Source: Fistulifera solaris (lineage: Eukaryota). Taken from it: a stretch of 64,000 bases of DNA. The translations under genes were made by a program, and so were the position numbers. Below, piece by piece: positions 61,904 through 64,000 of this stretch. Numbering within the stretch: the stretch's first letter is position 1; every line of letters begins with the position of its first letter. The notes beneath the pieces are model-generated. The model did not search any database. It was given only the letters and a program-made list of their open reading frames with translations, and was not told the DNA's origin. The stretch is taken from the NCBI GenBank assembly GCA_030295235.1, contig AP026123.1:1178001-1242000 (forward strand). The letters run 5' to 3'.

Positions 61904-63297
61904 ATGTTCTTGTTCTTGACGTTTCTTCTGCTCGTTTGCAATGCTCTTCACAAAGTGAATGCACAAAGTGCATGCTCTGAGGCGGGCATATTGCTCTGTA
62001 ACTCGACAAACCAGTTGTGTCAAATCGAAGCAACAAGCGGTGGCGAGCAGCTGGAGACCTGCTACGCGTGCCGTGAAGGCTACATCGAGCTTGGCAGGGC
62101 AATGGACTCGGCTGGCTGTATCGATCTTTCTACTTTAGATCTTGACTCGTTTATCGAGCGTTTCAAGGCTCAGTTTAACGCCGAAGAGTCTCTAGTCACC
62201 AACGAAGAGCGTCTGGAATTGCTACAGGCTGTAGCGAGCTACGTTTCTCAGCACAATGCCCAACAACCTCCTCCTGCATTCTTTTTTAGGATTGAATAAA
62301 TTTTCGGCTGACAACAAAGACGAAGCGAAGCAGATACGAGGATATAAGCAAACGGACGACCCAGCTGTTCTTCAAGACCTTCCGCTTTATCAGTTTGGCG
62401 ATGAAGATGATATTCCTCCCGATGCGGTTGATTGGGTTGCGCAAGGAGCTGTTACCAGCGTGAAAGATCAGGGCCGGTGTGGTTGTTGCTGGGCTGTTGC
62501 TGCAGTAGGTGTTATCGAAGGCGCGGCAGCAATAACTTCCAACTATTCTTATCTACAAAGTGTCAGTTTTCAGCAAATGATCTCGTGCAGCGATGTGTAC
62601 AATCAAGGATGTGACGGCGGATTACCTGGGCTAGCGCTGTTGTATTCTATAGCAAACCAGTATGGTGGTATGTCAATCCTCAATGACTATGGATTCTCCG
62701 ATGAGCGAGGAGAAACAACAACGGAGTGCAAAATGACTGAAGATTTACTGAAGGTCGTTATTGAAGAACCTTCATTGGTGGTTTCATCAAGCGTTCCCGA
62801 GTCATTTAATACGAGAATAAACAAGATGAAGAAAGCGGTAGCCAAAGGGCCCGTCAGTGTAGCAATGAAATCAAATTGTAAAGAAATGAGCTCCTACAGA
62901 AGCGGAATCCTAACCTCTGATGGTGATTGCGCGTGCAGTCCTGATATGGGTTACTGTCTCGACCACGCTATCCTAATGGTAGGCTACAACGATTCGCACA
63001 ATCCCCCCTTATTGGAAGCTGAAGAACAGCTGGTCGACGGACTGGGGCGAAGACGGCTATTTTCGCATCGCGCAAGCAAACCCATCAGGGAACTTCTCTT
63101 GGGGGTTGTTTGGTGTTCTTGCTGAAGGATCCATGGTGAAACAAGCGTTCAACAGTACGGAAGGGACGTTCGATATACCACAAGAAACAGATCTACTTCC
63201 CATGTGGGCGATCATCTTCATAACAGCTTTGGCGGGTCTCATTTGTGCGACGATCTGTTCTTTTGCAGTCAATAAACTAAGAAGTAAGGAACAGTAA
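61904..63297 (+). CDS. Papain-family (C1A) cysteine protease with signal peptide and C-terminal TM helix
   Basis: LGLNKFSAD pro-region, VDWV..GAVTSVKDQGRCGCCWA, GCDGG, LDHAILMVGY, WKLKNSW..DWGEDGYFRI; frameshifts near 62285 and 63005. Confidence 0.9.
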
Positions 63298-63299
63298 AA

Positions 63300-64000
63300 T
63301 CACCAAAATTTCCACCATGACATTCTGGCTTTTGTTGTGTTTCCAGAATCTTCTGTTTGAGCAGTAGGGCTGGGTACCGGTACCTCATCCTCGTGCACAT
63401 TCTCAGTATCTATATCCCTGTTAACTCGTGTCGCCGTTTGCTTTTGAAAATCTTTTCCATCATTTCTTGACTCAATTGCTGAGGACACCTGCTCTCGAGA
63501 CAGAGAAGAAACAGTGCTTTTGATCATCTGGACCCACTCCGAAACATGAAAAGTATCTAATAAACTTCCAGCAGTTTGCGGCGATTCAGACTCTCTTTTT
63601 TCTTCTTCCCATTTCGATCTGATATCAGCCATGGCTCTATTTCGAATACCACTTTGTTTGGAATCAGCACCGTCCTCTATTGACGTGTCGATCCCAAGCC
63701 GACGTTCTAATTGTTGAATGCGACGAAGCAGAGTCTCGGTAGAAACTTCATCTGAATTGTGTTGCGTTGTAGTCGTGATTAGCGGTGGTTTTGTGTCAGC
63801 TCTAGTGGTTTCCTTTTCACTACTAGTTTCCGTTTCACCTTCAGGGGATGCTTTTCCTAAAACCAGGTTGCGAACGACGTTCAAGGGTGACCATGATAAA
63901 CCATCCTTCGCTCCATGTTCCTCATTATTTGGATGCTCACTCAAAATCAGCTGCTTCTCTTGTCGTTCTCTTTGCTGCTTCCGGTACTTTTCGACGAGAG
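63300..64000 (-). CDS. Hypothetical protein, 3' part (runs off window)
   Basis: Open frame to the window edge, with a coiled-coil-like segment (LLRRIQQLERRLG). Confidence 0.55.
   Translation of the reverse strand, partial: LVEKYRKQQRERQEKQLILSEHPNNEEHGAKDGLSWSPLNVVRNLVLGKASPEGETETSSEKETTRADTKPPLITTTTQHNSDEVSTETLLRRIQQLERRLGIDTSIEDGADSKQSGIRNRAMADIRSKWEEEKRESESPQTAGSLLDTFHVSEWVQMIKSTVSSLSREQVSSAIESRNDGKDFQKQTATRVNRDIDTENVHEDEVPVPSPTAQTEDSGNTTKARMSWWKFW

Noticed and set aside
2523..63297. Frameshifted housekeeping genes as pseudogenes or programmed frameshifts
   Set aside because: Indels sit in homopolymers, lack a common slippery motif and occur without other decay; sequencing error is more parsimonious.
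1..64000. tRNA, rRNA or snRNA genes
   Set aside because: No cloverleaf/T-loop context or conserved rRNA/snRNA sequence recognised; tRNAscan-SE and Infernal would be needed to exclude them.

Overview
Gene-dense eukaryotic nuclear DNA, most consistent with a pennate diatom or related ochrophyte. Supporting signs are short GT-AG introns, bipartite 'ASAF'-type plastid presequences and a plastid-type glutamine synthetase II. About 31 protein-coding genes are supported, including PRP4, AP-3 sigma, a USP32/15-like and an OTU deubiquitinase, an F-box/MSP/multi-TM protein, PP4C, dymeclin, NMD3, GSII, a 20S beta-6 subunit, uL24m, a cold-shock protein and a papain protease. Many conserved genes are broken by 1-2 nt indels at homopolymers, most likely long-read assembly errors. 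Notable non-gene structure: (i) a 1,162-bp CCCT...AGGG element with a TTAT target-site duplication (non-autonomous piggyBac-like); (ii) a ~216-225-bp satellite family present as two mutually inverted arrays, plus a near-perfect 225-bp array; (iii) a decayed inverted copy of the proteasome-beta6/promoter/MYND locus whose ~300-bp promoter occurs three times and brackets a 9-kb block as direct repeats. Several normally cytosolic proteolysis proteins (beta-6, OTU) appear to carry signal peptides, suggesting periplastid targeting. Several enzymes have lost catalytic residues. No tRNA, rRNA or CRISPR array was recognised. All calls are by eye, without database searches.
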